From Octopus vulgaris (taxonomy: Eukaryota): a DNA stretch of 64,000 nucleotides. Location of the stretch: assembly GCA_951406725.2 (NCBI GenBank), contig OX597833.1, forward strand, positions 35,960,001 to 36,024,000, given 5' to 3'. The notes under the pieces were generated by a model. That model was not told the origin of the DNA, searched no databases, and worked only from the letters and a program-made list of their open reading frames with translations. A program made the translations under genes and the position numbers. The first letter of the stretch is position 1. Each line of letters opens with the position of its first letter. Of the stretch, positions 38,156 through 52,774 are shown in pieces.

Positions 38156-39435
38156 CGAGGGTGGGCTGATAAATTAATAGGCTGACTATGATCCAGTGAT
38201 GATAGAGCTGCTGTGAAATCTTGTCGGCATTAATTTCAAGTTTTCTTATTAATAACTGCATTGTTTCTTTTCAGCTAAGCCGAGATGTGATACTTCAAAG
38301 ATGACTTCAATTAGTAATTAGTAATTAGTAGCGACTTCTCTTCAAAGTCGACAAAATTTGGCATCGTAGTATTATTGTGTACCTTCAGAAAACGAGTTTT
38401 GTCCCCAAGGATATTCACACTGACGTGGTTGCTACATTAGGGGGTGATGCTCTAGCTTTATCAACAGAACAAAATTGGGCGGGTGAATTTAGAAGAAGGG
38501 ACAGTCATGAAGATAACCCAAAATTTGGGCTTCCTGCAACTGCCACCACCGAGGGAAAAGGGTGATCGTATTTACCACACAATGATGGGTGACAGGCGAT
38601 TGACCATAAATCAAATAGCACATCCCCAGAGCGAGTTGAGAAATCTCTGCTCAGTGAACTTGGCACGACGAAGGTTTTCTGTTCGGTGGGTGCCACGTCT
38701 TCTCACACCTGATCAAAAATGCACCAAGTCGATCAAATCACAGGAGAATCTAACTTTGATTGAGGCAGATCCAGGTGGTTTCCTTGAACATTTCCTAAGC
38801 CAGGATGAGTGTTAGGTTCATCACTTTGAACCAGAGACAAAGAGACAACCCACACATTGAAAACACCCCTACTCACCTGTCCCTAAAAAATCTAAGGTAC
38901 TTTCATTTGCAGGAAAGGTGATGACCTCATCTGAGGGTATTGGGGTGGGTGGGAGATGCCTGTTTTCAAAACGACCACACCATCAATGGAGTGCAATACG
39001 CCAGCTTACTGATGCAATTACGAAAGGCTGCCAAGATGAGAGGCCCTGAAAAACTGACGAAAAGGGTCTTGTTTCATCAGGACAATTCTCCAGCTCACAA
39101 GTCCTTGCTTTCAATAGCTGTTGTACGTGAATGTGGCTGTGAACTGGTTGATTACCGTCACCTACTCTCCTGATTTGGCTCCAGCTGACTATCCCCAACA
39201 CGAGAAACCATTTGACTGGGAACCGGTATCGTAATGACGATGACGTCATATGTACTGTTCGTGGCTTTTTTGAGCAACAGGATGAAAGCTTCTTCACCAA
39301 TGGTATTCAAGCTCTACAACACTGATAGAAAAAGTGTGTTGACCACAAGAGGGACTATGTTGAGAAATAAACCTAATTTCGTCACATTCAATTAGAGTAT
39401 TGTGGTCAGTCTGTGACCTTTTCAGTCGACACGAG
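38156..39435 (+). mobile_element. Full-length decayed mariner transposon (~1.28 kb)
   Basis: Diverged TIRs flanked by TA; WVPRLLT, LFHQDNSPAH, YSPDLAP motifs; frameshifted. Confidence 0.92.
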
Positions 39436-39484
39436 TATATATATATATACGTACATATACAAACGTAAACATGTGATGGTTCGT

Positions 39485-39754
39485 GGTGGTGGTGATCATG
39501 CTTGTTGTGATGACGACGATGACGACGACAAAGATGATGATAGTGATGGTGGTGATGATGGTGGTAATGATGATGGTGAAGATGATGATGATGACGACGA
39601 TGACGGACGTCGAATGATGGCGGCGGTGAAAGCGTAGGCAACGGCGAAGACCCATGACGCGGCGGCAGTGGCTGTGGTGGTCACCGTCGTGGCGGCGGCG
39701 GGGGTGGTGGTGGTGGAGTTAGGTGTAACGTTGGTTTATGTCGTCGTCGTCATC

Positions 39755-39786
<32 letters not shown>

Positions 39787-39802
39787 GGTGGTGGTGGTAG
39801 TG

Positions 39803-39855
<53 letters not shown>

Positions 39856-39898
39856 GGTGGTGGTAGTGGTAGTAGTAGTAGTGGTGGTGGTGGTGGTG

Positions 39899-39961
<63 letters not shown>

Positions 39962-40045
39962 ACGGTAGCGATCATAAATATGGTGGTTTGTAATATGCTT
40001 CAGAAGTCAGTCGGTGATGGCGACGACGACGACGACCATGATGAC
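39485..40045. repeat. (GAT/GAC/GTA/GTG)n trinucleotide tracts
   Basis: Directly visible. Confidence 0.95.
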
Positions 40046-40324
40046 CACTGTGTGTGCTTTGCATAAATGTAGAAAGTTAAGGGATTACTGTGTTCGTGTG
40101 TTCGCCTCACTGTGGCAGATATAGTCCACTTGACACACAGACAGACAGACACTGGGTTTTGTGTCTGTGTGTTTGTCCTGCAAAGGGAACAAACAGTTCC
40201 TCTTTCACAGGCACTGTCTACCATCCCTTTCGCAGACGCGCGCGCACACACACACACACTCGCACACGCACACACATACATAATATATACAGATATGTAA
40301 TAATATATATGTATACACACACAT

Positions 40325-40360
<36 letters not shown>

Positions 40361-40361
40361 T

Positions 40362-40549
40362 ATTGCATGATTGTGGCCATGCTTGAGCACCGTCTTAAAG
40401 GGTTTTTGGTCGAAGAAGTCGTCCCCAGGACCTATTTTTGCAACCCTGGTACTTCTTCTATTGGTGTTTTTTGCCAAACCGCTAAGTTACAGGGACATAA
40501 ACACCAAAACTGGATGCCAAGCGATGGTGGGGAGACAAACATGCACACA

Positions 40550-40641
<92 letters not shown>

Positions 40642-40828
40642 AGTAAACATATATATATCTGTACACGATGGGTTTCTTTCAGATTCCGTCTACCAAACCC
40701 ACTCACTAGGCTTTGGTCGACCTGCGACTATAGAGGAAGACTAGCCTCAGGTGTCACGCAATCGGATTGAACCCAGAACCATGTGGTTTAGGAGGCAAGC
40801 TTCTTACCACACAATCACGCCAGCGCCT
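40362..40828 (-). mobile_element. SINE family A, diverged, expanded internal (CA)n
   Basis: Family A reverse complement. Confidence 0.82.
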
Positions 40829-41099
40829 ACACACACACACACACACACATATATATTCACACATGCATACATATGCCTACATGTTATATATTATATATTA
40901 GTTAGTTTTAGCTCGGAATCCGTGGCCATGCTGGAGCAAATAATATTTTTATGTTTTCCTTTTCTCATATATGAATTTAGTACTTATCCTCTGTCACATG
41001 TGTTTCAATCCAGATTTACTACTTCAAATTATAAACTCCTTGCTGCTCATCAGACACTCACACACAAACGCACAAATCCGCAAACAAACTTACACACAC

Positions 41100-41108
41100 A
41101 TGTCTCAG

Positions 41109-41147
<39 letters not shown>

Positions 41148-41160
41148 GTATATATACATG

Positions 41161-41221
<61 letters not shown>

Positions 41222-41377
41222 GTGTGTGTGTATACATATGTATGTATGCGCTCAGAAACATAAACACACATATGCCCAAACAGTTTCTTCTAAGCAGAAA
41301 GGTGCACATCACAATCCCATTTACTTCCCTCTCTTTCTCTCTCCCTCTCGCTCTCCCCCTTCCTCTTTCTCTCTGTG

Positions 41378-41460
<83 letters not shown>

Positions 41461-41796
41461 TAGTCTGTCTGTCTATCTATCTCTATCAATCTCTTTAACT
41501 CTTTGTCTGTCTGTGTGTCTTTTTGTCTATCTATCAGTATATCTGTCTAATTTTCTAATTAGCTTTCTATGTAATACACCTATCAATCAAGATAACTATT
41601 ACTCAATTTTTTCTCGCCCCCTCTCTCAGTTTCTCTCTGTCTGTCTGTCTGGTTGTCTGTCTGTCTCTCTCACACACACGCACAAAAACACACAAACACA
41701 AACATGCATGCATTGATTATATGTAAGTGTGAATATATTCAATATATACATGTATATACCTCTATCTTTCTTTCGATCTGTCTATCTATCTGATAT

Positions 41797-41866
<70 letters not shown>

Positions 41867-42124
41867 GTCAGAGAGAAAAGAGAGAGAGAGAGAGAGACTG
41901 AAGGAGTCAGAGAGAAAGGGAGAGAGAGAGAGAGAGTATAAGATAGCCGGATAGATAGACAGATAGTTATATATATTTGTACATTATATCTATATGCACA
42001 GCCATTTTTTGGTCATACAAATTGTCCAATGTATCTATTTGCTGTATTTTTCCATCTCCCTCTCTTCATCGCTTTGTCTAGGTCTCTCTCTTTCCCTTTT
42101 CATTCTCCCCCCTCTTTCTCCGTA

Positions 42125-42175
<51 letters not shown>

Positions 42176-42437
42176 GTACATTTATATATTTATATGTGTG
42201 TGGGTATGCATATATATCCATAAACACACGCATATATACATTTATATAGATATATAGATAAATACACAGACATAGAGATAGACAAAAAGATAGATAGATA
42301 GATAGATAGATAGGTAGATAGATAGACAGACAGACAGACAGACTGACAGACTGACTGACAGACAGACAGACACACAGACACACAGACAGATAGATAGATA
42401 GATAGATAGATACATACATACATACATACATACATAC

Positions 42438-42522
<85 letters not shown>

Positions 42523-42971
42523 GGATATCTCAGCTGAAGCTAACTTCCATCACTAGTGTGGATTTCAGGTTTTTGTTTTCCAGTCCGATTATATAATTAT
42601 CTGCATCGTACATCCATACAATGTTTTCACTCGTACAACGCACATAGATACATTCGTTCATACGTACATACATGCATAAACGCACACATGCGTGAGTGCG
42701 TGTGCATGTTTAAATATTTGATCATATACAAACACACAAACACACACATATCTATATATATGTGTGTGTGTGTGTGCGCGCGCGTCCAAAACGCCTGTGG
42801 TCCAGCCTAAAAGAGCACAAACCAAATTTTCGCGAAAGTCCCACTAAAAGACTAATTAGTACAACTAATTAGTAGACCCGGATAGCCATAGCAAAATAAT
42901 TTTAGATAAATATATACCGTAAATCAGAAATATATAATATATACATACATACATATATCTATATCTGTACC

Positions 42972-43003
<32 letters not shown>

Positions 43004-43005
43004 TG

Positions 43006-43036
<31 letters not shown>

Positions 43037-43144
43037 GTATGTATGTATGTATGTACGTATGTATGTATGTATGCATTTATGTATATATGTATGCATGTAT
43101 CTGTCTGTCTGTCTATCTATCTATCTAGCTAGCTAGCTATCTAT

Positions 43145-43214
<70 letters not shown>

Positions 43215-43371
43215 GTCTTTCTCTCTCTCTATATATATATATAGATATAGATATATATACATACATATATATATATATATATACATGTATATATACATAC
43301 ATACATATACACATACATGCATATTTCTATGTATTTATATATATACATATGTGTGTATACACACACACACC

Positions 43372-43430
<59 letters not shown>
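41100..43430. repeat. Compound microsatellite field (TA, TCTA, GA, TAGA, TATG)
   Basis: Directly visible; short unique islands interspersed. Confidence 0.9.
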
Positions 43431-43433
<3 letters not shown>

Positions 43434-43705
43434 TATATTGTATCCTCTTCCTCCTTTTACACAGACATTTTACTTACTCCTACCACTGCGGCTACTGTGG
43501 AAGTCCTTGTCTCTCAGTCTCCCCACACGTTCACGCAACCACCAGCCACCATGACAGATATCTGCCAACCCTACATCGGCTTCCTGCTCAGAGATGTACG
43601 GAGACGTTTGCTACTGTCTCATCCACTGATTTTCTCCAGTGTTTACCCATCTACAACTGTTCAACCCTTTTTCTTTCTGTCTTTTTCCTCTATCTTTCTT
43701 TCTCC

Positions 43706-43736
<31 letters not shown>

Positions 43737-44304
43737 GCGCTTCCTATCTTCATCTCTTCGTTCTCTCAATACGTTATTTCTTGGATGTCAATGTAGTAAA
43801 CACGATCCATTGTATATTCCATAGTCTCAGAGATCCCTTCTCAGTACAACACAGCTCTTATTGCAAAAGCAAACATAAGCTTAGCAACGGGAGCAACCGT
43901 GCGATTTATCAGACAGCAGCAGGTCTGGATGTATTGGGCTCGGTTTACCTCACAAATCGCATCTAGCGTTTTGCAGGTGAACAAGCTAGGCACCGTTTGC
44001 AATGAGAAGAGAGTCGCCATCATCCGCCATTACATCATGCAGAGGTCAACCTGACCAGGAGAAGACTGTGACATTCGGACTATGTCAACTACTCTCTCTC
44101 TCCCTTCCCCTCTTTATCTCTCTCTCTCTCTCTCCCTCTCTTACTCACTTAATCTATTTCAAAATTTCCTATATCCCCCTCTCATTTTCTCTCAGGATGC
44201 ACACTCACACAAACACACACGCGCGCACTCACACAGACACACACACACACACACACACACACTATATATATATATGCAAATATATTTACACATATATATG
44301 TATG

Positions 44305-44394
<90 letters not shown>

Positions 44395-44532
44395 CATACA
44401 TATATATATACATATATATAGATATGTGCAGATGTATAATTCTTTATCTATTCGAAGCTGAGGCTGAGTATAATATACTTATACATTTTTACTTGTAGTA
44501 CTGAATGATACTTCTAGCAAATGTATACATAC

Positions 44533-44584
<52 letters not shown>

Positions 44585-46129
44585 TATACGCACATACATA
44601 CACACAGACATACACACATACACACTCACACAAACATACACACACACATACTTACACACACACTCACCTGCACGCGCACACACATGCATGACAAACACCC
44701 ATACACTCACACTCACATACGCACACACCAACATAAACACGCACACGCACACACACACCTACACTCCCACACACATACACACGCACCTACATACACACAC
44801 GCACGCATACACACGCACACACACGCATACACACATTCATTACACACGTACACACACACCTACATACACATGCATACACACACACACACAAACATGCACG
44901 GATACACCCAGACATACATACATACACCTATATACACACGCCCACACACCTACATACACACACATATACACACGCCCACACACCTACATATACACACATA
45001 CATACACACACATACACGGACACACCCATACATACTTACATACATACACCTATACACACACGCCTACACACCTACATACACACACATGCATACACACACA
45101 CACATGTACGCACATACACACACATATACGCACATACATATATACCCACACACATGCACACACACACACATACGCACATGCATGCATGCATGCACACGCG
45201 CACACCTACACGCATACACACACACACACGCACGTACACATACATACATACAAACACACACGCATACATACACCCATACACATACATGCATCCTACACAC
45301 ACATACATACACACTCACACATACATACACACACACACACTCACTCACACACCTGTATGTACGCGCACACACATGCACATACACACACTTCCCCACACCC
45401 ACACATACATACATACACACTCATACACATACACACACACACACACACACGGACATACATCTATGCACACACATATATACACACATACTCACATACATTC
45501 ATCGGACACACTGCCACCCAGACATACACACAGACACACTAACACATCCACACACATACATACTTACGCGCATACTCGCAGGCGCGCGCACACACGCGCT
45601 TGCGCCGGTTCGCGCACGCATATGCGCAGCATGCACCTCGCTCTTGGACCCGACGAGACCTCCCGCTCGTTCCTGGGACCGTCGCTTGTCGTTGGGTTTT
45701 CCCACGCCCGTCTCCGCGGGACCACTCTTCCATCTTCCCCTCAGCTGGAGTCCTTTTTCCTTAACCCCCCTTTTTTGTTACACACACGCGCACACATATA
45801 CACACATTGCTTAAATATATACATTACTCTTACACACATTCAATCTACTCGCCATTAATACCACCACGACACTGGACACACACACACACTACTACTCAAC
45901 ACACGCTGGCACGCTACATACGCCCCCACCCCTTCCCCTCCCTCCCTTCCTCCTTCCTTCTTTTTCTTACTACTGACCATTGTCTGCTATGCCGACCACT
46001 GTCTCGCGCTACCTCACACGCCTACACACAGACGCACACACTAACACATACATATATTTTTTGTTTTTTTATCTCGCCTCACACACACACATACACACAC
46101 GCACACGCACACACTCACACATACACACA
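44585..46129. repeat. Irregular (CA)-rich tract; 45276-46129 homologous to 301-1130
   Basis: Colinear shared non-repetitive words. Confidence 0.85.
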
Positions 46130-46432
46130 CATCTGTTGCGTTACCAACCTTGTCTCCACTCTTTTGCCTTTAAAAACCTACTTTGCTCTTGTTATCGTAA
46201 ACTTCCGCCTTTCACCATGTGTAACTCGTAAACACCAGTGGTTTTTTTTTCTCTATCCCTGTTGCCCGCTTTGGGATCTTTCTTTCCTCTCTCTTCCTTC
46301 TTTATGTTTCCGACGAAGAGCTCCGCTCGAAACGTCATACCCTCCTGCTTCCATTTCCTGAGCGCCTATTAATAATAATACTGTAATTGTTCCATTGTTG
46401 TTGTTTTTTTGTTTTCCCGTTTGGATTAAAAT
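46130..46432 (+). mobile_element. Penelope-type pLTR-like segment with HHR variant at 46306-46340
   Basis: GUUU-CCGACGA-A-GAGC(UCC)GCUC-GAAAC-GUC-AUAC; downstream TTCCTGAGCG..TAATAATAATAC resembles 7731-7752. Confidence 0.6.
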
Positions 46433-46513
46433 TATATATATATATATACAAGGGATTTTATATTTTATTATTGTATTATTATATCTATGCGTAAGTGTGA
46501 ATATTGACTATGT

Positions 46514-47480
46514 ACAGGATGCAGTGACTAAACTGTCGTCTAAATTACGCAAAACTGAAGATAACACTGACATCTCATTTTAACAGATATTTTTGCCAAA
46601 ATTACATTAAAATATCTTGAAATACTAAGCAGTATATTTTTTCAATAGAATAGCTTCATCCACGGCCTTCAGACGACTTCGGAATCTCCTGCAACTCTAC
46701 TGGGCGGTCTTCTTGATTAAGTTGGAGAATCCTGCTATAATGCTTGCCCTCAGTTCATCTTCGATGTTACAATGAGTTTTGTTGGTGTCTCGCTCAACTG
46801 TACCCCTCACATAATAATCAACGGGTTACAATCTGGGCAGTTAGGCGGTTAGATGTTAGGGGTGATGTGGTCGCAGAAATTGTCTGACAACCATGACTAG
46901 GTTCTCCTGCTTGTGTGGCATGGTGCAAAGTTATGTTGCCAGAGATAGGGTCTTCCAGCAGCCACCCTCTTGACCCAGGGCAGCACTACCTCCTCCAGAC
47001 ACTTGATGTAGGCCTGTGTGTTGAGTGTGATACGTATGAGAAGATGAATGGAGGTATAACGTCACCATCACTAGTGATCACTCCTGACACCATGATGTTG
47101 ACTGAATGTTTGATTGCTATCACTCTCGGAAAATGTCCTCAGATGTGTGTGTATGTATGTGTGTATATATACAGAGAGAGAGAGAGAGAGAGAGACATAC
47201 ATATATGTGTATGTATGTACCTATCAATTTATCTATCGATACATATATATTTATACATAAATAAATAGTTGTATATTTAACACCCAAACACTCAGAAATG
47301 ACCGTATGGAGTTTCCGGCGCGGATGCAGTACAACATGTCGTTTCAAAATTTCTGGCAGAGTGAATTGCGTCAAGATGTTTTACTCACAGACGGTTCCCA
47401 ACTGACCCTATTATAATATTACTATACAAAATGAAAAACAAAAAATGCACAAAAACAAACAATTTACCCATCGAACACTG
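46514..47480 (-). mobile_element. Tc1/mariner superfamily (maT/DD37D-like) decayed element
   Basis: Minus-strand WQHNFAPCHTSRRT..WLSDNFCDHITPNI*PPNCPDCNP; N-terminal MTQFTLPE; diverged CAG-starting TIRs. Confidence 0.75.
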
Positions 47481-47483
47481 CAT

Positions 47484-47597
<114 letters not shown>

Positions 47598-47601
47598 TGA
47601 C

Positions 47602-47665
<64 letters not shown>

Positions 47666-47669
47666 TGAT

Positions 47670-47764
<95 letters not shown>

Positions 47765-47853
47765 CATATATGTGTATGTATGTACCTATCAATTAATCTA
47801 TCGATACATATATATTTATACATAAATAAATAGTTGTATATATGCTATAAATG

Positions 47854-47893
<40 letters not shown>

Positions 47894-47896
<3 letters not shown>

Positions 47897-48425
47897 GTCA
47901 TCCCATAAGTTCTGTCTGAATTTTGAATAAAGAAAACAAGTGATCAAATGTTATATTTAATTGAAATCTAATCCTCAATATACTTTCCCTAATTATTTAT
48001 AACTTCCTTCCATCTATTAACAAGCTTTTTAATCCCATTAATTTAAAACTCTTTTGCTTTCAAAGCGAAGAACTCTGAAATGTCAGTTTCGACCTCCTCC
48101 TGGCTTGCAAAAGTTACGTCCCCCAAATGATTCTGTAAACTAAGAAACAAATGGTAGTCTGAAGGAGTAAAGTCGGGAAAATAAGGTGGATGAGGAATTT
48201 TTTCCCAACCAAGCTCTTCGATCTTCTGTTATGTGATCTTTGCAGCGTGGGACCACGCATTGTCCTGATGAAACATCACTCCTTTTCGATTCACTAAAGC
48301 GGGTCTTTTTTTTTTATTCAAAGCTTGGTTCAGACGCTCTAATTGCTGACAGTAGACTTGAACATTGATTGTTGCATTAGGTGGTAATAATTCAAAGTGA
48401 ATTACTCCTTTGCAATCCCACCATC
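47894..48425 (-). mobile_element. mariner transposase 3' half with TIR
   Basis: FHQDNAWSH, ELGWEKIPHPPYFPDFTPSDYHLF; terminal TCAGGTCATCCCATAAGT next to (TA)n. Confidence 0.88.
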
Positions 48426-48944
48426 AAAGTTTGCTTTCATTCTGTGGATTATATTTGTGTTGGATGATCGTAGGTAAGCCTAATTTACAACTTCACTGTT
48501 ACTGATTCACACTTCTCTTCTGTATTTCGCAGTCTCTTTCATTATGCAGAAGATTCTGTTGTTTTCATGGTCTTTTACTAATGACCATCACCCAATCTAT
48601 GTTTCTGTTTAAATTTGTTTCCTGGCCAATCATGGTTGTTTATAGGATAGTTCATGTTGGATTAGTCCTCTTCTATTTTTATTTCTCGACAGCTACAGAC
48701 ATTCAATACCTACCTTGGGGTTGTACATAAAGTCAACGTCAGAAGTTTTCATATATTTCCTTTCATTCTTTGAAAGTCAGATAGGTTCCAGTTGAAATTC
48801 AAACTACAGCTAAAGTATTTGATAACTTCGCTAATCTTTGCATGGACATACGTAAGTTTCTACAGTCTGGTGTGTATGCATGGGATGATAGTCGTTATCT
48901 ATCAATCTATTTATCTATTTATCTATCTATTTCTATTGAGATAG

Positions 48945-49256
48945 TGTTGAACGAAACACCCATGTTTCCAGAGGTGAATTATTCAAACCCCCAAAGTAAT
49001 CCTATCAACACATGGCTATAATGCTCTCCCACTACTTCTGCTCATGATCAGAGATGCACATATCGTCAACCACAAAGGGACATACTCAACTGATGAAGGT
49101 CAAACAACTGATAAGCAAATCTGTGGTATGGAGCAGAATATTTGTTGTAGCCCATAATGTACATGACAACACTTCCAATCATTTAAGATCAGAAGCCAGA
49201 AGCTATGAGAGGCAGTGCCTGGTATAGCATCATCATCATCATCATCATGATTATTG

Positions 49257-49318
<62 letters not shown>

Positions 49319-49430
49319 GAGTGAGACAGCAGTGCATGCCATCAAATTGACACCTGGGTACAAATATACGAAGCCCAATATACCCATGATGACTAGCCAT
49401 CTGACAAGGGTACAACAGGCACATGCATCA
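48945..49430 (-). mobile_element. Family D: two partial copies separated by (TTA)n
   Basis: 48945-49228 and 49319-49430 match 50545-51099. Confidence 0.85.
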
Positions 49431-49599
49431 GAAACATGTTATTGAGTTTGTTAAACAGTTTTGGAGTTTCAATGGAATTGAGCCCAGCGCTCCGATCACC
49501 ACTGGTATCACTTTTACATTACCATATCACGTTCCATACAGACTTGTATCTTCCAGATTATGTTTAGGCATGCTATGGGACGGTAGTTTCCCACAATAT

Positions 49600-49885
49600 T
49601 CCTCTTTCTTCTATCTTTCATTACAAGTGTTGTCCTCCCAGTCACCATCCACGCGGAGACTGTAGCTTTCTAGACACACTCATTCAGTTGGGCTGCTAGT
49701 ATTTTATGCACCGCGTGGCCTCTTCTTCATCCACAAGCCATGAATCCCATCGGATCCGGAGGCTTTCCAGTTAGGCGCTTTACTCATTTGTACTTTCACA
49801 TCACCCGTGCTTATGACAATATTCCTTTATTTCTTTCCTCTTTGTAATTCTGTCTTGATAGTTCCTATCAACATTGCATCCCTTT
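49600..49885 (-). mobile_element. R4/Dong-like RT N-terminal fragment
   Basis: KAPNWKASGSDGIHGLWMKK. Confidence 0.75.
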
Positions 49886-49887
49886 TA

Positions 49888-50012
<125 letters not shown>

Positions 50013-50013
50013 C

Positions 50014-50525
50014 TTTTAATCTGCATTTTAGTTACAGTCACCTGTCGAGACACTCAGCGTCCTGGGGCAAGTAAAGGATAAAATATGTCACAATATGACT
50101 GAACGCTTGGGGAGGGGATGTAGTGAAATATATTCATGTAATATAACACAGACATTTAAATAGATAGGGTTTTTCTAACGATGTGAGCAGTACTTGTCAG
50201 TACCATCTTTTGGATTTCTCTGAGACATGGTTCTCCTCGGATCTTATCTAGATGTTTCCGACATCCATTTCTTATCATACCTAGGGTACCTACAATAACA
50301 GAATCAATTCTCGTTTTAAGATACCAGAACTTTTGTATTTCAATTTCCAGTCCTTTTATTTATTTAGTTTGTCAAATTCCTTGACAGATATATTTTTATC
50401 AGTGAGAACACTTACATCTATTAGTGTACAATTATTTTCTTTCCTGTCTTTAATAATTATGTCTGGTCGATTAGCCTAGATCGTTCTGTCAGTGTTGACT
50501 GGAAAATCTTAGAGGATAGTGCCAT
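50014..50525 (-). mobile_element. R4/Dong-like LINE 3' end (RLE domain and 3' UTR)
   Basis: DFPVNTDRTI*ANRPDIIIKDRK..LIDVSV; 3' UTR homologous to 22845-23030. Confidence 0.82.
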
Positions 50526-50544
50526 TATCACTATTATTATTATT

Positions 50545-51097
50545 GAGTGAGAGAGCAATGCATGCCATCAAAGTGACACTGGGGTAAAATATACGAAGCC
50601 CAGTATACCCATCACGACTACCTGTCTAATAAAGGTACATTAGGCACATGCATCACAACCATATTTGCGTGACATGGTGATCTCATATCAAGATAAGCAG
50701 CACATGACCTTGCAGGTGCGACCCAGTTAGAATTTTTTTCTGGTCGAGTAATCCATCCCGCTCAGAAGGTCCCTGAATACGGGTTGTTTAAGGATGTTGA
50801 ACGAAACACCCATGATTCCAGTGGTGAATTATTCAAACCCAAAAGAATTCCTCTCAACACATGGCTATGATGCTCTCCCACTACTTCGGCTTGTTATCAG
50901 AGATGCACATATCGTCAGCCAATAAGGGATATGCTCAACTGGTTAAGGTCAAACAACTGACAAGCAAATCTGTGGTGTTGTGCAGAATATTTACTTTAGC
51001 CCATCTTTTATATCAAAACAAAACAATGTACATGATAACACTTCCAATCAATTAAGATCAGAAGCCATGAGAGCCACTGCCTGGTACTGCATCAGGG

Positions 51098-51099
<2 letters not shown>
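50545..51099 (-). mobile_element. Family D full-length copy (555 bp) in (TTA)n
   Basis: Ends GAGTGAGAGAGCA and GCATCAGGGCA, each abutting (TTA)n. Confidence 0.92.
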
Positions 51100-51178
<79 letters not shown>

Positions 51179-51202
51179 CATTATTATTATTATTATTACT
51201 TC

Positions 51203-51655
51203 AAGGCGGTGAACTACCAGAATCGTTAGCACGCCGGGCGAAATTTTTAGCAGTATTTTTCCGCCTTTACGTTCTGAGTTCAAATTCTACCGAGATCGAC
51301 ATTGCCTTTTATCCTTTCGGGGTCAATAAAAGTACCAGTGAAACACTGGGGTCAATGTAATCGACTAGTCCCTTCCCCAAAATTTCAGGCCTTGTGCCTT
51401 CAATAGAAAGGATTGTTATTATTGCTGTTGTTGTTGCGTTTGTTCTTATTCGTAAGGCCGTTATCGTGCCGTGCAAAATGCTTAGCAGCAATTTGTCCAT
51501 CTTACTTTCTGAGTCCAACTGCCGCCGGGGTCGGTTTTATCACTCATCCTTTTGGGGGTCGATAAAATAAGTACTAGTTGAACACTGAGATCAATATAAT
51601 CGAATTATCCCCTTCCCCGAAATTGCTGGCCTTGTACCAAAATTTGAAATCGATA
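51203..51655 (+). mobile_element. Two SINE family B copies
   Basis: Heads at about 51203 and 51454. Confidence 0.82.
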
Positions 51656-52774
51656 TTATATTTGTTCCTATCATTTTTTTTCTTCTTTTTTTCATAAACT
51701 CGAAATCTTCAGTCTGTTGACTATGTTTGATGTCAAGACATATCAATCAGAATTTTTTTCTTCTTTTTAAATTGAGTTTTATTCTCCTTCTCTGTTAGAA
51801 ATTTGGAAAATATTAAAAAAAAATTCAATATCTAGTAAATACAAAATTTTTGTTTCTAGTTTGTTTTTTTTTATTTTTCATATTCCGCATTATCATTTTT
51901 TCTCCTTTTTTTGCATTCATATCATTGTATCTCTTTTATTACGGATGAACGATTTTTCAGTTTAAATTCAATTCATTAATATAGTAAACTACAGTTTTTT
52001 TTTTTAGCTGTTTATAGAAAACTAAGATATTATTGTATGCTTTCAGCTAAGATCTCCAATTTCAAGATGAGCCTTGACTTGTGGTTTCTTCAATAAATTT
52101 TGGAGGTTTTACATAATGTCATTGGTCGATTCGTCTCCCTCTGACTAAGTCACTATCTTGGGAGCTTAGGTGCTGTTTCAAGTTCAAGACGAGGACACTT
52201 CCATTTTATTTTCGCTAAGCCATTGCAAAATGTCTGATTGTCAAACAATATGTGTAAAACATTTCATTACTTCTCATTCTACTCATTCTAATTCTTGCCC
52301 CTACAAAGTATTGCCCTTGTTCTTATTACATACAAGAAATTTTCGAAGCACTAAGTACATAAAAAATAAAACAATAAATCTGTATGATGTATGAAGAAGG
52401 AAAGAAAGCGACACTGAACTCATTTGACAGGAGTTACGTATATTATTTAATAACGACCTGACTCATGTAAAATTTTGATAGGTGTTTAGGATGAGCTCAT
52501 CTCATCAGAAATTAGAAGAGAATTGTAACGATAAGATATTTCTGTAAATTAGTCACCAGCGGAACGATTTGGTATCGAATTGAGTTTGACGGAAAGAACA
52601 CAAATTCCGTTGAGATTTTTGAAAGCAAAAATATTAATTTTTTCGTTAGCAAACTGTGTATATTCATTCAACGGGGAAAGGGAAGACGTTTGCGTCAAAT
52701 GAGATAGTTCTAAACGTATATGATATACTGCAGCCGAAATAATATACTATATCTCGCCTCTTAACAGATTACAC

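Noticed and set aside
44505-45858. Long His/Thr/Tyr-rich ORFs (345, 376 and 234 aa) and similar YI, CV, LSIY, poly-I/L/N/V/T ORFs across the window
   Set aside because: Stop-free translations of microsatellites, open in several frames at once, with no domain content.
50880-50922. CUGACGA on the minus strand of family D copies
   Set aside because: Followed by GAAG rather than GAAA, without closing helices; no HDV-like fold recognised at the 5' end either.
52471-52513. Minus-strand CUGAUGA-GAUG/CAUC-C-UAAAC motif
   Set aside because: G12 is missing and stem III does not form; at best a fossil.
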